A stretch of DNA of 64,000 nucleotides. Source: an uncultured Chlamydiales bacterium. GTDB taxonomy: Bacteria > Chlamydiota > Chlamydiia > Chlamydiales > JAAKFR01. This document shows, in pieces, positions 9,422 through 19,867 of this stretch (its first letter is position 1; each line of letters starts with the position of its first letter). The translations under genes were made by a program, and so were the position numbers. The notes beneath the pieces are model-generated. The model was not told the origin of the DNA. It saw only the letters and a program-made list of their open reading frames with translations, and ran no database searches. The stretch is from positions 363,757 to 427,756 of the forward strand of contig OY969414.1 in assembly GCA_963699155.1 (NCBI GenBank). Reading direction: 5' to 3'.

Positions 9422-10466
9422 ACTCTCTAGCCACACGCGAAATCTTGTTCCAGCTACCCACCAAGCCCATCGCCGCGCGCATCTCTTTGACGGTCTCTGC
9501 AGCCACGTCGCGCATCTTTAAAGTTCCCTCGTAGATGACCTTCTCGATATAGCCTTTTCGACCTTCAAACTCTTTACGCCGTTGACGGAATGGCTCCAGG
9601 TATTGGTTGAGAACCTCTGCGAGGCGCGCCTTTATCTCGAGATCGCCGATCTTGCCCTCTCGGTACCGTTTTTTGAACTCCTCCACCTCGTCGAGGTTAG
9701 GGTTAAAGGCTTCGTGGTAGATAAAGAGAGGGTTCCCTTCCACTGTGCCTGCCACATGGGCGTGAATCCGATTGGGATCGGTAAACATCCCTCGAACCTT
9801 TTTTTCGACACTCTTGGCATCATCAGAAAGGAAGATGACATTGCCGGCCGATTTGCTCATCTTGCCCTTGCCATCAGTCCCGATGAGTGAAGGAGTTTCA
9901 CTGAGCATCACTTCAGGGGGAGGAAAGACATCTCCATAATATTGGTTAAAGCGGCGGGCGATATCGCGCGCCAATTCGATGTGAGCCTCATTATCTTTAC
10001 CCACAGGCACCAGATGGGCCTTTGGAAGCAAAATGTCAGCTGTTTGGAGGACAGGATAACCGAGGAGGCCAAAGGGAATGCTCTCTTCGGGGATATCGGC
10101 ATTGCGCGCCATCTCTTTCAAACTGGGTAAACCGGTGAGGCGGTTCACCGAAACCAGCATCTCGAAAATCAGATTCATCTCGTAAACTTCGGGAATGGCT
10201 GATTGAAGATAGATGGTGCAGCGCGTGGGATCGATCCCGCAAGAGAGCCAATCGAGAACGGCATCTAGGATATGGCTGCGCATCTCAAGAATCTGTTCAC
10301 GCTGCGGCTTAGTTGTCAGTGTGTGGAGGTCGGCGATAAAAAAATAACAGTCGTAAGCTTCTTGTAGAGCCACACGATTTTTGATGGAGCCTAACCAATG
10401 GCCAAGATGGAGTTTTCCTGTGGGCCTATCACCTGAAATAATTCTTTTTTTTGAGTTATTATCCAT
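9411..10466 (-). CDS. trpS: tryptophanyl-tRNA synthetase
   Basis: [35 protein letters not shown]. Confidence 0.97.
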   Translation of the reverse strand: MDNNSKKRIISGDRPTGKLHLGHWLGSIKNRVALQEAYDCYFFIADLHTLTTKPQREQILEMRSHILDAVLDWLSCGIDPTRCTIYLQSAIPEVYEMNLIFEMLVSVNRLTGLPSLKEMARNADIPEESIPFGLLGYPVLQTADILLPKAHLVPVGKDNEAHIELARDIARRFNQYYGDVFPPPEVMLSETPSLIGTDGKGKMSKSAGNVIFLSDDAKSVEKKVRGMFTDPNRIHAHVAGTVEGNPLFIYHEAFNPNLDEVEEFKKRYREGKIGDLEIKARLAEVLNQYLEPFRQRRKEFEGRKGYIEKVIYEGTLKMRDVAAETVKEMRAAMGLVGSWNKISRVAREYGV

Positions 10467-11661
10467 AGGATCCAAAAACCTCAATCACTAACAAAAAGAG
10501 AGAGAGCGTAACAGTGCCGATGAGAAGTGGTTTCCCACCGGGGACCTGAAAAGAACTCTCTTCTTTGACACGGTACCTTTCAAACCATGCCATAAGAGCG
10601 GGCAGAAGCGCTAGAAGAATCACGACGAAAATTCCGGCATATTTCAAGGCCATAATAAAGCCTCGAGGGTAAAAGAGGGCGAAGAGCAAAGGGGGAATAA
10701 AAGTCAGCAAAACCAAGAAAAATTTTCCTAATTGCGTCTTGCGAATGTTTAAGCCATCAGCAAGGAAGTCGGAGAGACTGAGCGACACTCCTAAAAGTGA
10801 GGTAACGATGGCGAAAAAGGCGAAGGTGCGGACAGAAATTCCCACCCAGCGGCTCTCTAAAATCTGTTCTAAGAAGGCTGTCACCTGTAAGCCACCCTGT
10901 GTAGCAGCTTCTGTGAGGCTATGTTCACCGTAAACGGGAACAACTCCCATGACGAGCAATTGCCAGAGAAGATAGACGACAAAGGGGATCAGGCTGCCGA
11001 TAAAAATTGCCCTTTTGAGGAGTTTGACATCATGCTCTAGATAGGTTGTCAGGGTGGGAATGATGATGTGATAGCCGAAAGTGGTGAGCACGACCGACAA
11101 AGAGGGGTAGAGATAACTCCAACCGACATGGCTCAGCAACGTCGGTTTGATATAGCTGCTTCCTATAAAGATCAAAATGAGATAGGCGGCCACCAAACCA
11201 ATCATCATCAAGCGATTGAGAAAATCGGTGATTCCCGTTCCTAAATAAACAAAGGTTCCAAAAAAGATAAAAATGGCAATAGGCCAGCTCCTTTCAGGGA
11301 TCTGGAAGGAGAAGAGCTGTTGACAAACATCGCTCAGAATCTGGCTGCAACCTAAAAGGTAGGCCGAAGTGAGAGAGTAGAGGAGGAGCAAGTAGGAGAT
11401 CCAGGCAATAACCTCTCCGGGGCGTCCGAGAGTTTTACGCATCATTGAAATGAGATTGCTCTCTCCTTTCATTCTGAGATTGATCTCTAAGAAGTAAAAG
11501 GCGGTCAGCATCATGAAGAGCCAGATAGCCGTCATGATGGCAAGGGATGGCAAAAAGCCAGCGAGACCCGTTGTGACGGGTAGGGCCAACATGCCGGCGC
11601 CGATGGTAGTACCGGAGACGAGCAAAATGGCTCCCACCATTTTGTTGCGCTTGCTGATCAC
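10459..11661 (-). CDS. tyrP: aromatic amino acid permease (TyrP/Mtr family)
   Basis: [25 protein letters not shown], multiple TM segments. Confidence 0.9.
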   Translation of the reverse strand: MISKRNKMVGAILLVSGTTIGAGMLALPVTTGLAGFLPSLAIMTAIWLFMMLTAFYFLEINLRMKGESNLISMMRKTLGRPGEVIAWISYLLLLYSLTSAYLLGCSQILSDVCQQLFSFQIPERSWPIAIFIFFGTFVYLGTGITDFLNRLMMIGLVAAYLILIFIGSSYIKPTLLSHVGWSYLYPSLSVVLTTFGYHIIIPTLTTYLEHDVKLLKRAIFIGSLIPFVVYLLWQLLVMGVVPVYGEHSLTEAATQGGLQVTAFLEQILESRWVGISVRTFAFFAIVTSLLGVSLSLSDFLADGLNIRKTQLGKFFLVLLTFIPPLLFALFYPRGFIMALKYAGIFVVILLALLPALMAWFERYRVKEESSFQVPGGKPLLIGTVTLSLFLLVIEVFGSYG

Positions 11662-12902
11662 GGAAGGAGCACCTCAGCTTCTTCCATAGGAATCAAAGAG
11701 AAGCCGCACTCTTGGGCACCTTCCAGAAGAAAAATGGAAACAGCGATAAAGATCACAGCAATCAAAGCAGGACGGCCCCAGGGATACATGGAAGCCATCT
11801 GCGCACGCCTTTTGTAGCGGAGTATCCAAACCATCAGTACTGGCATGACTCCAAAAAGGATGACGGCAGAAAAGCCTCCAGCTATATTCAAAGCGGTAAT
11901 GAAGAGACCAGGATAGGCAAAAGCAAAGGCAAAAGGAGGGATAAGAGAGAGCATCACCAGTAAAACCCTGCCCATTCCAACTTTAGGAATTTTCAATCCA
12001 TCGGAGAGGAAATCGACCAGCGAGAGCGATTGTGCCAGAAAAGAGGTCGTTATGGCAAAGAGGGCAAAAGCTTGGGCCACCGTGTTGATCCATGATCTTC
12101 CCACAACAGCACGTAGCGCCTCTGTCGCCACCTCTCCCTTATCGAGAGCCGATAAGAGCCCACTCCTTCCTTCAATCGGAATAATGCCCAGCATGACCGC
12201 CTCCCACAAGATATAGATGAGAAGGGGGATCAAGCTTCCTACCAATACCGTAATGCGCAACCGTTTGACATCTCCCTTCAGGTACATCGCAAGCGTTGGA
12301 ATCATGTTGTGGAAGCCAAAGGAGATCACCAATACAGGCAGCGCAGCAAACGAATATTTCCAGACATTGACAGCGAGATAACTTGCCTGAATATGTGCAC
12401 TTCCTAACAAAATCAGGATGCAGTAGGCAACGATCAACCCCACCATGAGAAGGCGATTCAAGTAATCGACAGGCTTTGTCCCCAAGTAGATGACAATGCC
12501 AAAGATCACAGTGAAGAGGATGCTGCCCCACATTTCGGGCAATTCCCAGCCGAAAAGGTCGTTAACAATGACCTTTAAAATGGAGCCACTCGCTGCTATG
12601 TAGGCGATGCTGAGCGAATAGAAGAGGAAAATGAAGAGAAGCCAGCACAAAAACTTTCCCGTTTTTCCCAAAGTGCGTTCGGCAATAGAAATCAGGCTCA
12701 GGTTATGGCCAATGGCCAAATTGGCCTCTAAAAGCAACAAACTGGTGCTGGTCATGAATAACCAAGCAATCAGCAGCATCACGATCGACGGTCCAAACCC
12801 AGCCACTCCGGTAATGACCGGCAGCGCCAACATCCCCGCCCCAATGCAGCTACCCGCAATGAGGAGGATTCCCCCTAAAACGCTTCCATGTTTTGTATTC
12901 AT
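11658..12902 (-). CDS. tyrP: aromatic amino acid permease (TyrP/Mtr family), second paralog
   Basis: [25 protein letters not shown], multiple TM segments. Confidence 0.9.
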   Translation of the reverse strand: MNTKHGSVLGGILLIAGSCIGAGMLALPVITGVAGFGPSIVMLLIAWLFMTSTSLLLLEANLAIGHNLSLISIAERTLGKTGKFLCWLLFIFLFYSLSIAYIAASGSILKVIVNDLFGWELPEMWGSILFTVIFGIVIYLGTKPVDYLNRLLMVGLIVAYCILILLGSAHIQASYLAVNVWKYSFAALPVLVISFGFHNMIPTLAMYLKGDVKRLRITVLVGSLIPLLIYILWEAVMLGIIPIEGRSGLLSALDKGEVATEALRAVVGRSWINTVAQAFALFAITTSFLAQSLSLVDFLSDGLKIPKVGMGRVLLVMLSLIPPFAFAFAYPGLFITALNIAGGFSAVILFGVMPVLMVWILRYKRRAQMASMYPWGRPALIAVIFIAVSIFLLEGAQECGFSLIPMEEAEVLLP

Positions 12903-12960
12903 CCCCAGCAGGATAGCAGAAATTTTGAAAAAAAACAAGGTTATCTGTAACTTCAGAAAC

Positions 12961-13036
12961 CCCCTCTGCGGTCTCTGCGAGCTCTGTGGTGTTTTTTTAT
13001 TTTACCACAGAGAGCACAGAGCACACAGAGCTGGGG
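12961..13036. repeat. REP-like palindrome (CTCTGTGGT...ACCACAGAG family), copy 1
   Basis: Inverted CTCTG/CAGAG sub-repeats; 32-bp core 12982-13013 is identical to 19770-19801. Confidence 0.85.
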
Positions 13037-13047
13037 ATCAGTCACTA

Positions 13048-13320
13048 CTATCTCAGAATCCCAAAAGTCGAAAAAGAGGAGGTGGGGGTTCGATATTTAG
13101 CCTGCACAGAGGTGATCTGGGCGGGACCCGAGCTAGACTGGAGAGCTGATAAAAAATCTTTGAGGGCTTGTTCGGAACCTTGAGCGATGACCTCGACAGT
13201 GCCATTAGAGAGGTTTTTGACAGTGCCGGTGAGTTGATATTTCTCTGCGTGATCGACGACGGTCCAGCGGAAACCGACACCCTGGACACGGCCTTTAAAG
13301 ATGGCGTGGAGCTCTAACAT
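13048..13320 (-). CDS. acyP: acylphosphatase
   Basis: GRVQGVGFR and GTVKNLSNGTVE motifs. Confidence 0.93.
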   Translation of the reverse strand: MLELHAIFKGRVQGVGFRWTVVDHAEKYQLTGTVKNLSNGTVEVIAQGSEQALKDFLSALQSSSGPAQITSVQAKYRTPTSSFSTFGILR

Positions 13321-13413
13321 AGGTTACAGGGGGTGGATATAGCTTGGATCTCTTGCATAGGCTGCAGGGGGCGGTTGTGGCGTGGAGTTCTAGGGAATCT
13401 CGCGAAGCATCTC

Positions 13414-14358
13414 TCATGGCTGGAAAGCGTGGATATATTGTTCGATCTCTTGGAGAGTGGTGGCGTGGCTGGCAAGGCCGCGTAGTTCACGGGCGCCCGG
13501 GCTATTTTTGAGATACCAGCAGCAGACTTTACGCATGTCGATGAGCGCTCCTCTTTCCGTTTTGTATTGGGTTGAGAAGGCAAAATGGTCGAGGAGGGCC
13601 TGCTTGTTTTCTATGGGGGTCTTCTCTGTATAGGAGTCGCCTTCGAGAAGCTTACGGATCTGATCGACAATCCAGGGCGCCCCCATCGTTCCTCGAGAAA
13701 CGAGGACGCCATCGCAGCTGGTATGATCAAACATTTTGAGAGCGGCTTCTGGGGTAAAAATATCGCCATTCCCGATCACCTGAATGGTAGTAGCGACCGC
13801 CCTACACGCCTTGATGTGATCCCAGTTGGCAGGGCCTGTATAGCCCTGTTGACGGGTTCTGCCATGGATAAAGACCGCCTGAGCACCGGCTCTCTCTGCT
13901 ATTTGGGTGATCATGGGGGCATTGATGCTCTCGTTATCCCAGCCGGCGCGGATTTTCACGGTCACCGGGATCTTGACGGCTGCCACCATGCTGGCGATCA
14001 TCTCACCAATTTTTTCTGGATTCTTTAACATGCCAGAGCCGCTTCCATCTTTTGTCACCTTATCGACAGGGCAGCCACAGTTAAAGTCGACCACATCGAA
14101 GCCTAAGTCTTCGATAATTTTAGCCGCAGGAGCTGCCAGGGCGGGATCGCTGCCACAGATCTGCCCGCCTATGGGGTGCATTTCGTCGGAATATTCGAGC
14201 ATCTGATAGGTTCCGGGGATCTTGCGTAGGAGGGCCTCCATCTTGACCATTTCGCAGAACATCAAATCGGGTTTGTAGCGCGCCGACATTTTGCGAAAGG
14301 GAAAATCTGAACAACCTGCTAAAGGGGCGTAGACGAGTCTGTAAGGAAATTTTTTCAT
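13414..14358 (-). CDS. dusB: tRNA-dihydrouridine synthase
   Basis: APLAG, DFNCGCP, VTVKIRAGW, HGRTR, GNGDI. Confidence 0.92.
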   Translation of the reverse strand: MKKFPYRLVYAPLAGCSDFPFRKMSARYKPDLMFCEMVKMEALLRKIPGTYQMLEYSDEMHPIGGQICGSDPALAAPAAKIIEDLGFDVVDFNCGCPVDKVTKDGSGSGMLKNPEKIGEMIASMVAAVKIPVTVKIRAGWDNESINAPMITQIAERAGAQAVFIHGRTRQQGYTGPANWDHIKACRAVATTIQVIGNGDIFTPEAALKMFDHTSCDGVLVSRGTMGAPWIVDQIRKLLEGDSYTEKTPIENKQALLDHFAFSTQYKTERGALIDMRKVCCWYLKNSPGARELRGLASHATTLQEIEQYIHAFQP

Positions 14359-14600
14359 TTAATAATAGCGATTAAAATCCACTGTATGATCTGGAGTGCG
14401 ATAAAGGCAAACATGGGACTGATGTCCATCATTCCGAGCGGTGGGATGATTTTGCGAAAGAGGTTGAGATAGGGATCGGTATAGAAGGCAATAAACTGCA
14501 TGAAACGGCTCTGGGCAAAAGAGGGAAACCACGATCCGAGCACCCGAACTAAAAGCAAGAGGGTGTAAGTTGTAAATAAAATATTGAGAATATAAAGCAT
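14355..14600 (-). CDS. yggT: YggT family membrane protein
   Basis: SWFP...TDPYL..FRKIIPPLG.MDISP. Confidence 0.92.
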   Translation of the reverse strand: MLYILNILFTTYTLLLLVRVLGSWFPSFAQSRFMQFIAFYTDPYLNLFRKIIPPLGMMDISPMFAFIALQIIQWILIAIIK

Positions 14601-14685
14601 TTGCTAAGAGTATAGTTTAGGGCTTTTTCTTTTGCCAGGAACATTTTCATTCATTATAATTCTTCCCAAATATTGAAGTGTATTA

Positions 14686-16089
14686 ATGTTTATTTCTGAT
14701 TCTCACTATGTTGGCTTTGATGTTACCAAAAGCGGTTTACGGATCGCTAAATTGCGCAAAAAACGCAACGGATGGGATATCCCCTTTATCAAAGAGGTAA
14801 GTGCGCAAGACAATGTCAAACTGCTTTACAAGCAGCTCGGGGAGGGTCTGACTCTTTCGGCAATCGAAACGAAGGATCTACTTTTACGCAGTTGTGAAAT
14901 CCCTTTGAAGAAGCCAAAAGATGTTTTTGCTGCCCTTAACTTTCATGTGGAGCCGCTTTTACCCTACCCTCTCGACAAGGCCATCATTCAGGCTGAGATT
15001 GCAGGCCAACAAGAGCAAGGAACCACAGTGACCCTCTTCGCAGTCCGCAAAGATCATCTCGAGCGCCATTTAAACGCCTTCGAGCAGTATCAAATCGAGC
15101 CAGAAATGATCACGACAAGAGTGCATGCACTTCTAGCCTTCTCCTCATTACTTCCTCCAATAGAAGCGCCTTTTCTCCTCATTCACGAAAGTGAGGAAGA
15201 GATCTCTGCTCTCTTTATCGAGAAGGGGAAACTTCTGGCGGCCCGCTCATTTGATCCGAAACGCAACCTCACCTCTGAAATTCAAAAAACCTTGCTGAGC
15301 CTATCCACAGCGCATAAAGGAAAATCATTCGATACACTCTACTTCATCGGGAAAAACCCCGAGTTAAAACAGGCTCTACAAACCATCAGTGGCAAGCCGG
15401 CACAACCTCCGACAAGCCCTTCTCTGAGCCTCACCCAAGATGAATTGATCCATTACTCTCTCGCCATTGGATGCGCTCTGGCACATAGTACAGTGAATTT
15501 TCGACAAAAAGAGTTTTCCTATCCGCACCCTTTCCGCCGCTTTCGGAAACCACTCTTGCTCTTCTTTGCGCTCTCCCTCTTTTTCACAACAGCTCTGGCC
15601 CTTTTTTCAGAGATGGCTTTAGCTCATAAAAAGGAAAAACTGGCTGAGGCCTATCTCTCACTCTATCGCACAGAGGGAAAAAATGTGGCTACTGCTCCTG
15701 ATAGAGCCAGCAACTATATGATTTCTTTGGCTCAGCTGGCAAAAGAGGTCCATGCACACCCAGAACGTTATCCACTGCTTCCTCAAGTACCGAAGGTGAA
15801 GGAGGTTTTAAGTTGGATTGCTTCACTACCGATCAGCAAAGGAATCGTGATCGAATCTCTGCAATACCAAATGGTTAAGCGCCCCGACATCAACAATCGG
15901 CGGGAAAAATATAAAGTGCGCGTGGAATTGGAAATGAGCGCCACTGATACCAATGCAGCACGTCTCTTCCAAGATGCTTTGAAATCGAGTGGACCGCTGA
16001 TCGATAGTCAGGAGGAGGTCCAATGGGTGCCTCTCAAAGGAAAATATAAAGCCTCCTTCTACCTCAAAGATAAAACGAAATATGATTAA
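14686..16089 (+). CDS. conserved chlamydial protein, PilM/GspL-like cytoplasmic domain plus TM and periplasmic domain
   Basis: N-terminal VGFDVTKSGLRIAKL resembles the PilM/actin-fold start; one TM near aa 290-310. Confidence 0.6.
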   Translation: MFISDSHYVGFDVTKSGLRIAKLRKKRNGWDIPFIKEVSAQDNVKLLYKQLGEGLTLSAIETKDLLLRSCEIPLKKPKDVFAALNFHVEPLLPYPLDKAIIQAEIAGQQEQGTTVTLFAVRKDHLERHLNAFEQYQIEPEMITTRVHALLAFSSLLPPIEAPFLLIHESEEEISALFIEKGKLLAARSFDPKRNLTSEIQKTLLSLSTAHKGKSFDTLYFIGKNPELKQALQTISGKPAQPPTSPSLSLTQDELIHYSLAIGCALAHSTVNFRQKEFSYPHPFRRFRKPLLLFFALSLFFTTALALFSEMALAHKKEKLAEAYLSLYRTEGKNVATAPDRASNYMISLAQLAKEVHAHPERYPLLPQVPKVKEVLSWIASLPISKGIVIESLQYQMVKRPDINNRREKYKVRVELEMSATDTNAARLFQDALKSSGPLIDSQEEVQWVPLKGKYKASFYLKDKTKYD

Positions 16090-16711
16090 AAAAGTGCTCC
16101 AACATACTCTGGAAAAGTTACCCTTTCAAAGGGTCGTTCTCTATTTAATCGTCATCGGGTTTTTACCGACTCTCTTCACAGGCCTTTACTATTTCAAAAA
16201 AAAGAGAGAGTGGGACGAAGTTTCTGAGGAGATCCGAACAATTCACTACTTAACAGAGACAAAGGCCCGCAAGCAGTACTTTAATACACTTGTCCGTCAC
16301 ATTTATGCAGAATCTGATCCACTTTATCTTGAAAACCAGCTGGAGCCCCTCGCCTTCCTCAAAAAGGAGAAGGAAAAGTTGGAACAGCTGCTTCAGAGCC
16401 CCACCTTCATCGGAAATGAGGCGGCGGAAAAGCGGTACGCCCACCTAACTTCAGCAGCAAATCACTTAGAATTTTTACAAGGAAGCCCTCAGATTGGTGA
16501 AGGGATTCAGGAGTCGATCTGTAGTTTAAGTCACCCTGTCCAGGTGGATTCCAATGACCTTAAGGAGATCCTAAGCCGCATCGAAGGGAATCGGAAAGGA
16601 AAACCTCAGCTGCTGATTACCGAGTTCAAACTGAGCAAAAGGCCCTTTCCTAGTGGGAATGAAGTTTTTGAGTTGAATGTCAAATTACTGAGGAGAGAAT
16701 TTCCTTCATGA
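16082..16711 (+). CDS. conserved chlamydial membrane protein (PilO/GspM-like architecture)
   Basis: N-terminal TM, coiled coil, C-terminal alpha/beta domain; coupled to neighbours. Confidence 0.55.
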   Translation: MIKKVLQHTLEKLPFQRVVLYLIVIGFLPTLFTGLYYFKKKREWDEVSEEIRTIHYLTETKARKQYFNTLVRHIYAESDPLYLENQLEPLAFLKKEKEKLEQLLQSPTFIGNEAAEKRYAHLTSAANHLEFLQGSPQIGEGIQESICSLSHPVQVDSNDLKEILSRIEGNRKGKPQLLITEFKLSKRPFPSGNEVFELNVKLLRREFPS

Positions 16712-17976
16712 AGCCATTGTCTATCTTCTCATTCCTTTGCTGCCTCCTTGTCGTTACAAGCTGCGGCTTTTCGCCTGAACAAATCCCCCCTGACAAGATC
16801 ACTAGCATCAACATTATCGATAGAAATGGCCTTTCAGAGACGATCAACGCTCGTGAGCGGCTCACTGCTTTTGAAAATACTAATTTTCTGGCTCCACAAC
16901 CCTATCAAAAGGTGATGCGCGTCTATGGCAAACAGCAAAATGGCGATGTCCGCTCCTGCATCACGAGCTACCACCCCAATGGTCAGGTCAAACAGCTACT
17001 CCAAGCGGTCAACAACAGGGCTCACGGCGCCTATAAGGAGTGGCATCCCAATGGAAATTTGAAAGTGGAGGCCACTGTCATCGGCGGAACAGCGGACGTC
17101 AATACTCAAGCAGAGCAGAGCTGGCTCTTCGATGGGGTGAGCAGAGCTTGGGATGATGATGGTCATCTTTTAGCAGAGATCCGCTATGCCATGGGGGAAT
17201 TACAAGGAGAGTCGATCTATTTCCACCCCAATAGACAGGTGTGGAAACGCACTCCCTATGAAAAAAATCAGATCCATGGCTCTGCCACGATCTATCTCGA
17301 AGATGGGACCCTTTTTCAAACAGTTACCTACCTAGAAGGTTTGAAAGATGGCCTCTGCTCCCGTTTGTGGGAAGATGGCTCAGTAGCTTTCCAAGAAGAG
17401 TATCAAAAAGGGCTTCTCAAAGAGGGTCGTTACTATGATCGGCGAGGCACCTCTACTGCTTCGATTCATGAAGGAAAGGGCTTCAGAGCAATCTTTGGGA
17501 GAAAAGAGCTTCAAGAATTGCAAGAATATCGCAATGGCCGTCAAGAAGGTGTTGTCAAGGCATTTGATGAAAAGCACAATCTGATCGCCCTCTATGCCGT
17601 GAAGGAGGGGGAAAAATCGGGTGAAGAGATCAATTATTATGAGGGCTCGCAAAATCCGCGACTTCTGCTGACGTGGCATCAAGGGATGCTTCAGGGAGCT
17701 GTCAAAACCTGGTTTGAAAATGGCCAATTAGAGAGTCAGCGGGAGATGAGCGGCAACCAAAAACATGGCCTATTGTCAGCCTGGTATCGCAACGGTTCAT
17801 TGATGCTTGTAGAAGAGTATGACACTGACAAACTGGTCAAAGGGGAATATTACCGCATGGGTGAAAAAATCCCCGTGTCGCTGGTAGAAAAGGGAAAAGG
17901 GATCGCCTCCCTTTTTAATTCAGAAGGAAATTTTTCTAAGAAAGTCCACTATCAGGATGGAAAGCCTATTGAGTAA
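16708..17976 (+). CDS. MORN-variant repeat lipoprotein (YwqK-like)
   Basis: Lipobox VTSC; repeated YHPNG/WHPNG/WFENG/WYRNG units. Confidence 0.85.
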   Translation: MKPLSIFSFLCCLLVVTSCGFSPEQIPPDKITSINIIDRNGLSETINARERLTAFENTNFLAPQPYQKVMRVYGKQQNGDVRSCITSYHPNGQVKQLLQAVNNRAHGAYKEWHPNGNLKVEATVIGGTADVNTQAEQSWLFDGVSRAWDDDGHLLAEIRYAMGELQGESIYFHPNRQVWKRTPYEKNQIHGSATIYLEDGTLFQTVTYLEGLKDGLCSRLWEDGSVAFQEEYQKGLLKEGRYYDRRGTSTASIHEGKGFRAIFGRKELQELQEYRNGRQEGVVKAFDEKHNLIALYAVKEGEKSGEEINYYEGSQNPRLLLTWHQGMLQGAVKTWFENGQLESQREMSGNQKHGLLSAWYRNGSLMLVEEYDTDKLVKGEYYRMGEKIPVSLVEKGKGIASLFNSEGNFSKKVHYQDGKPIE

Positions 17977-18502
17977 GGAGGAATTAAGGTTCCAATTAAA
18001 AGAGATGCGCGCGGCAATCAGCTCTGGTCGCCGCGAAGAAGCCTCTCACGCCTTAATCTTGGAGCTCTTACCCTCACTGGTCAGCGTCGATTTTGTTCTC
18101 TCCTTTGCCAGCATCCACTCTGAAATCGACACCTCACTACTCAATCTTTTTTTAGCTCGCACAAATCGCCTTTTACTTCCGAAAATCGAGGGCAAAAGCC
18201 TCACCATTTATCAGGTTCTCCATCCATCTCGGGACCTGAAGAAGAATCGCATGGGCTTACTGGAGCCCAATCCCAAGTTTTGCCCCCAAGTAGACCCTAC
18301 GATGATCTCCATTGCCCTTATTCCTGCTCTTGGCTTCGATGAGCAGAACCAGAGAATTGGCTACGGCTTCGGCTTTTACGACCGCTTTTTAAAAAAGCAT
18401 CCTCACATCCATACCATCGGCATCGGCTACAGGGAGCAGCTTCTCCCCTCTCTCCCCATCCAAGAACATGACACCCCCCTCGAGAAAGTAACCTTGTTCT
18501 GA
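17957..18502 (+). CDS. ygfA: 5-formyltetrahydrofolate cyclo-ligase
   Basis: KEELR, IPALGFD..RIGYGFGFYDRFL, HD motif. Confidence 0.93.
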   Translation: MESLLSKEELRFQLKEMRAAISSGRREEASHALILELLPSLVSVDFVLSFASIHSEIDTSLLNLFLARTNRLLLPKIEGKSLTIYQVLHPSRDLKKNRMGLLEPNPKFCPQVDPTMISIALIPALGFDEQNQRIGYGFGFYDRFLKKHPHIHTIGIGYREQLLPSLPIQEHDTPLEKVTLF

Positions 18503-18574
18503 CATGTCTCTCTTCCCAAGAAAGTTTCCATGTTCTGACACATCTCTTCTCCCGAGAAAGTTTCCTTGTTTTGA
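18481..18574 (+). repeat. 36-bp imperfect tandem repeat (~2.6 copies) of the ygfA 3' end
   Basis: AGAAAGT..C.TGTTYTGA recurs at 18483, 18519 and 18555. Confidence 0.85.
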
Positions 18575-18622
18575 ATGGGCCGATGGTCGAAAATGAGCCC
18601 AATTAAAAAAAGGAGAAGGATC

Positions 18623-19711
18623 ATGAGTCAGCAAGCTTCCTCAGACCGTAAAAAAGCACTTGAAGCCGCTGTGGCGCACATTGAAAAGCAATTTGGCGAG
18701 GGTTCGATCATGAGCCTCGGCAAACATTCCTCAACACGTGAAATCTCCACGATCTCAACAGGCGCCCTTTCTTTAGACATTGCTTTGGGAATAGGCGGTG
18801 TTCCACGAGGAAGAATCATCGAAATTTATGGACCTGAATCATCAGGGAAATCGACCTTAGCAACCCACATTGTTGCCAACGCTCAAAAAAAGGGAGGTCT
18901 CTGCGCCTATATCGATGCTGAGCATGCTCTCGATCCTACCTATGCCTCAAAAATCGGGGTCAATGTGAATGAGCTCCTCATCTCTCAGCCTGATTCAGGC
19001 GAAGATGCCCTCAATATTGCGGAGATGCTCGCCAGATCCAACGCGGTCGATGTGATCGTTATCGACTCCGTGGCTGCCCTCGTTCCCAAAGCGGAGCTTG
19101 AAGGGGAGATCGGCGATACACATGTCGGATTGCAGGCGCGGATGATGTCACAAGCCCTCCGTAAACTGACCGCAACCCTTTCCCGTTCCAATACGTGCGC
19201 GATCTTCATCAACCAGATCCGTGAAAAGATCGGTGTGATGTTTGGAAACCCTGAAACGACAACAGGAGGTCGCGCCTTGAAATTCTATTCGTCGATCCGT
19301 CTCGACATCCGCCGAATCGGAGGCATTAAGGGTAATAGCGAAACTGATTCTGATGTCGGCAACCGAGTCAAAGTGAAGGTAGCGAAAAATAAACTGGCCC
19401 CTCCCTTTAGATCGGCCGAATTTGACATTTTGTTTAATGAGGGGATCTCTTATGTCGGCACCGTTCTCGACCTCGCTGTCGAAAAAGGAATTGTCGATAA
19501 GAAAGGGGCCTGGTTTAGCTATCAGGAGACCCGCCTAGGTCAAGGCAGGGACGCTAGCCGCGAAGAGCTCAAGAAAAATCAGAAGCTCTGCGAAGAGATT
19601 GAGAATAAGGTGAAAGCCTCTTATGGCCTCATCTCTCCTCAAGCTGCCGCTAAAGAGGCCTCTCGCAACACTAAAGCTCAGGAAAAAGTGCCCGCCACAG
19701 CCGCGCATTAA
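18623..19711 (+). CDS. recA: recombinase A
   Basis: [46 protein letters not shown]. Confidence 0.99.
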   Translation: MSQQASSDRKKALEAAVAHIEKQFGEGSIMSLGKHSSTREISTISTGALSLDIALGIGGVPRGRIIEIYGPESSGKSTLATHIVANAQKKGGLCAYIDAEHALDPTYASKIGVNVNELLISQPDSGEDALNIAEMLARSNAVDVIVIDSVAALVPKAELEGEIGDTHVGLQARMMSQALRKLTATLSRSNTCAIFINQIREKIGVMFGNPETTTGGRALKFYSSIRLDIRRIGGIKGNSETDSDVGNRVKVKVAKNKLAPPFRSAEFDILFNEGISYVGTVLDLAVEKGIVDKKGAWFSYQETRLGQGRDASREELKKNQKLCEEIENKVKASYGLISPQAAAKEASRNTKAQEKVPATAAH

Positions 19712-19755
19712 AGTTCGCCGCGGCATTTTGCCTGAGCAGATGAAACTGTTCTGAA

Positions 19756-19817
19756 TCCCCCTCTGTGAACTCTGTGGTGTTTTTTTATTTTACCACAGAG
19801 AACACAGAGAACGGGGA
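19756..19817. repeat. REP-like palindrome, copy 2
   Basis: CTCTGTGGTGTTTTTTTATTTTACCACAGAGA identical to copy 1 core. Confidence 0.85.
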
Positions 19818-19867
19818 GATAGCTACAACACTTGTTTCTTTCTTTCCCTTTTGTTATCTAGAAAAAC

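Noticed and set aside
18481..18574. 36-bp periodicity suggestive of CRISPR
   Set aside because: Units are contiguous with no unique spacers and no cas genes
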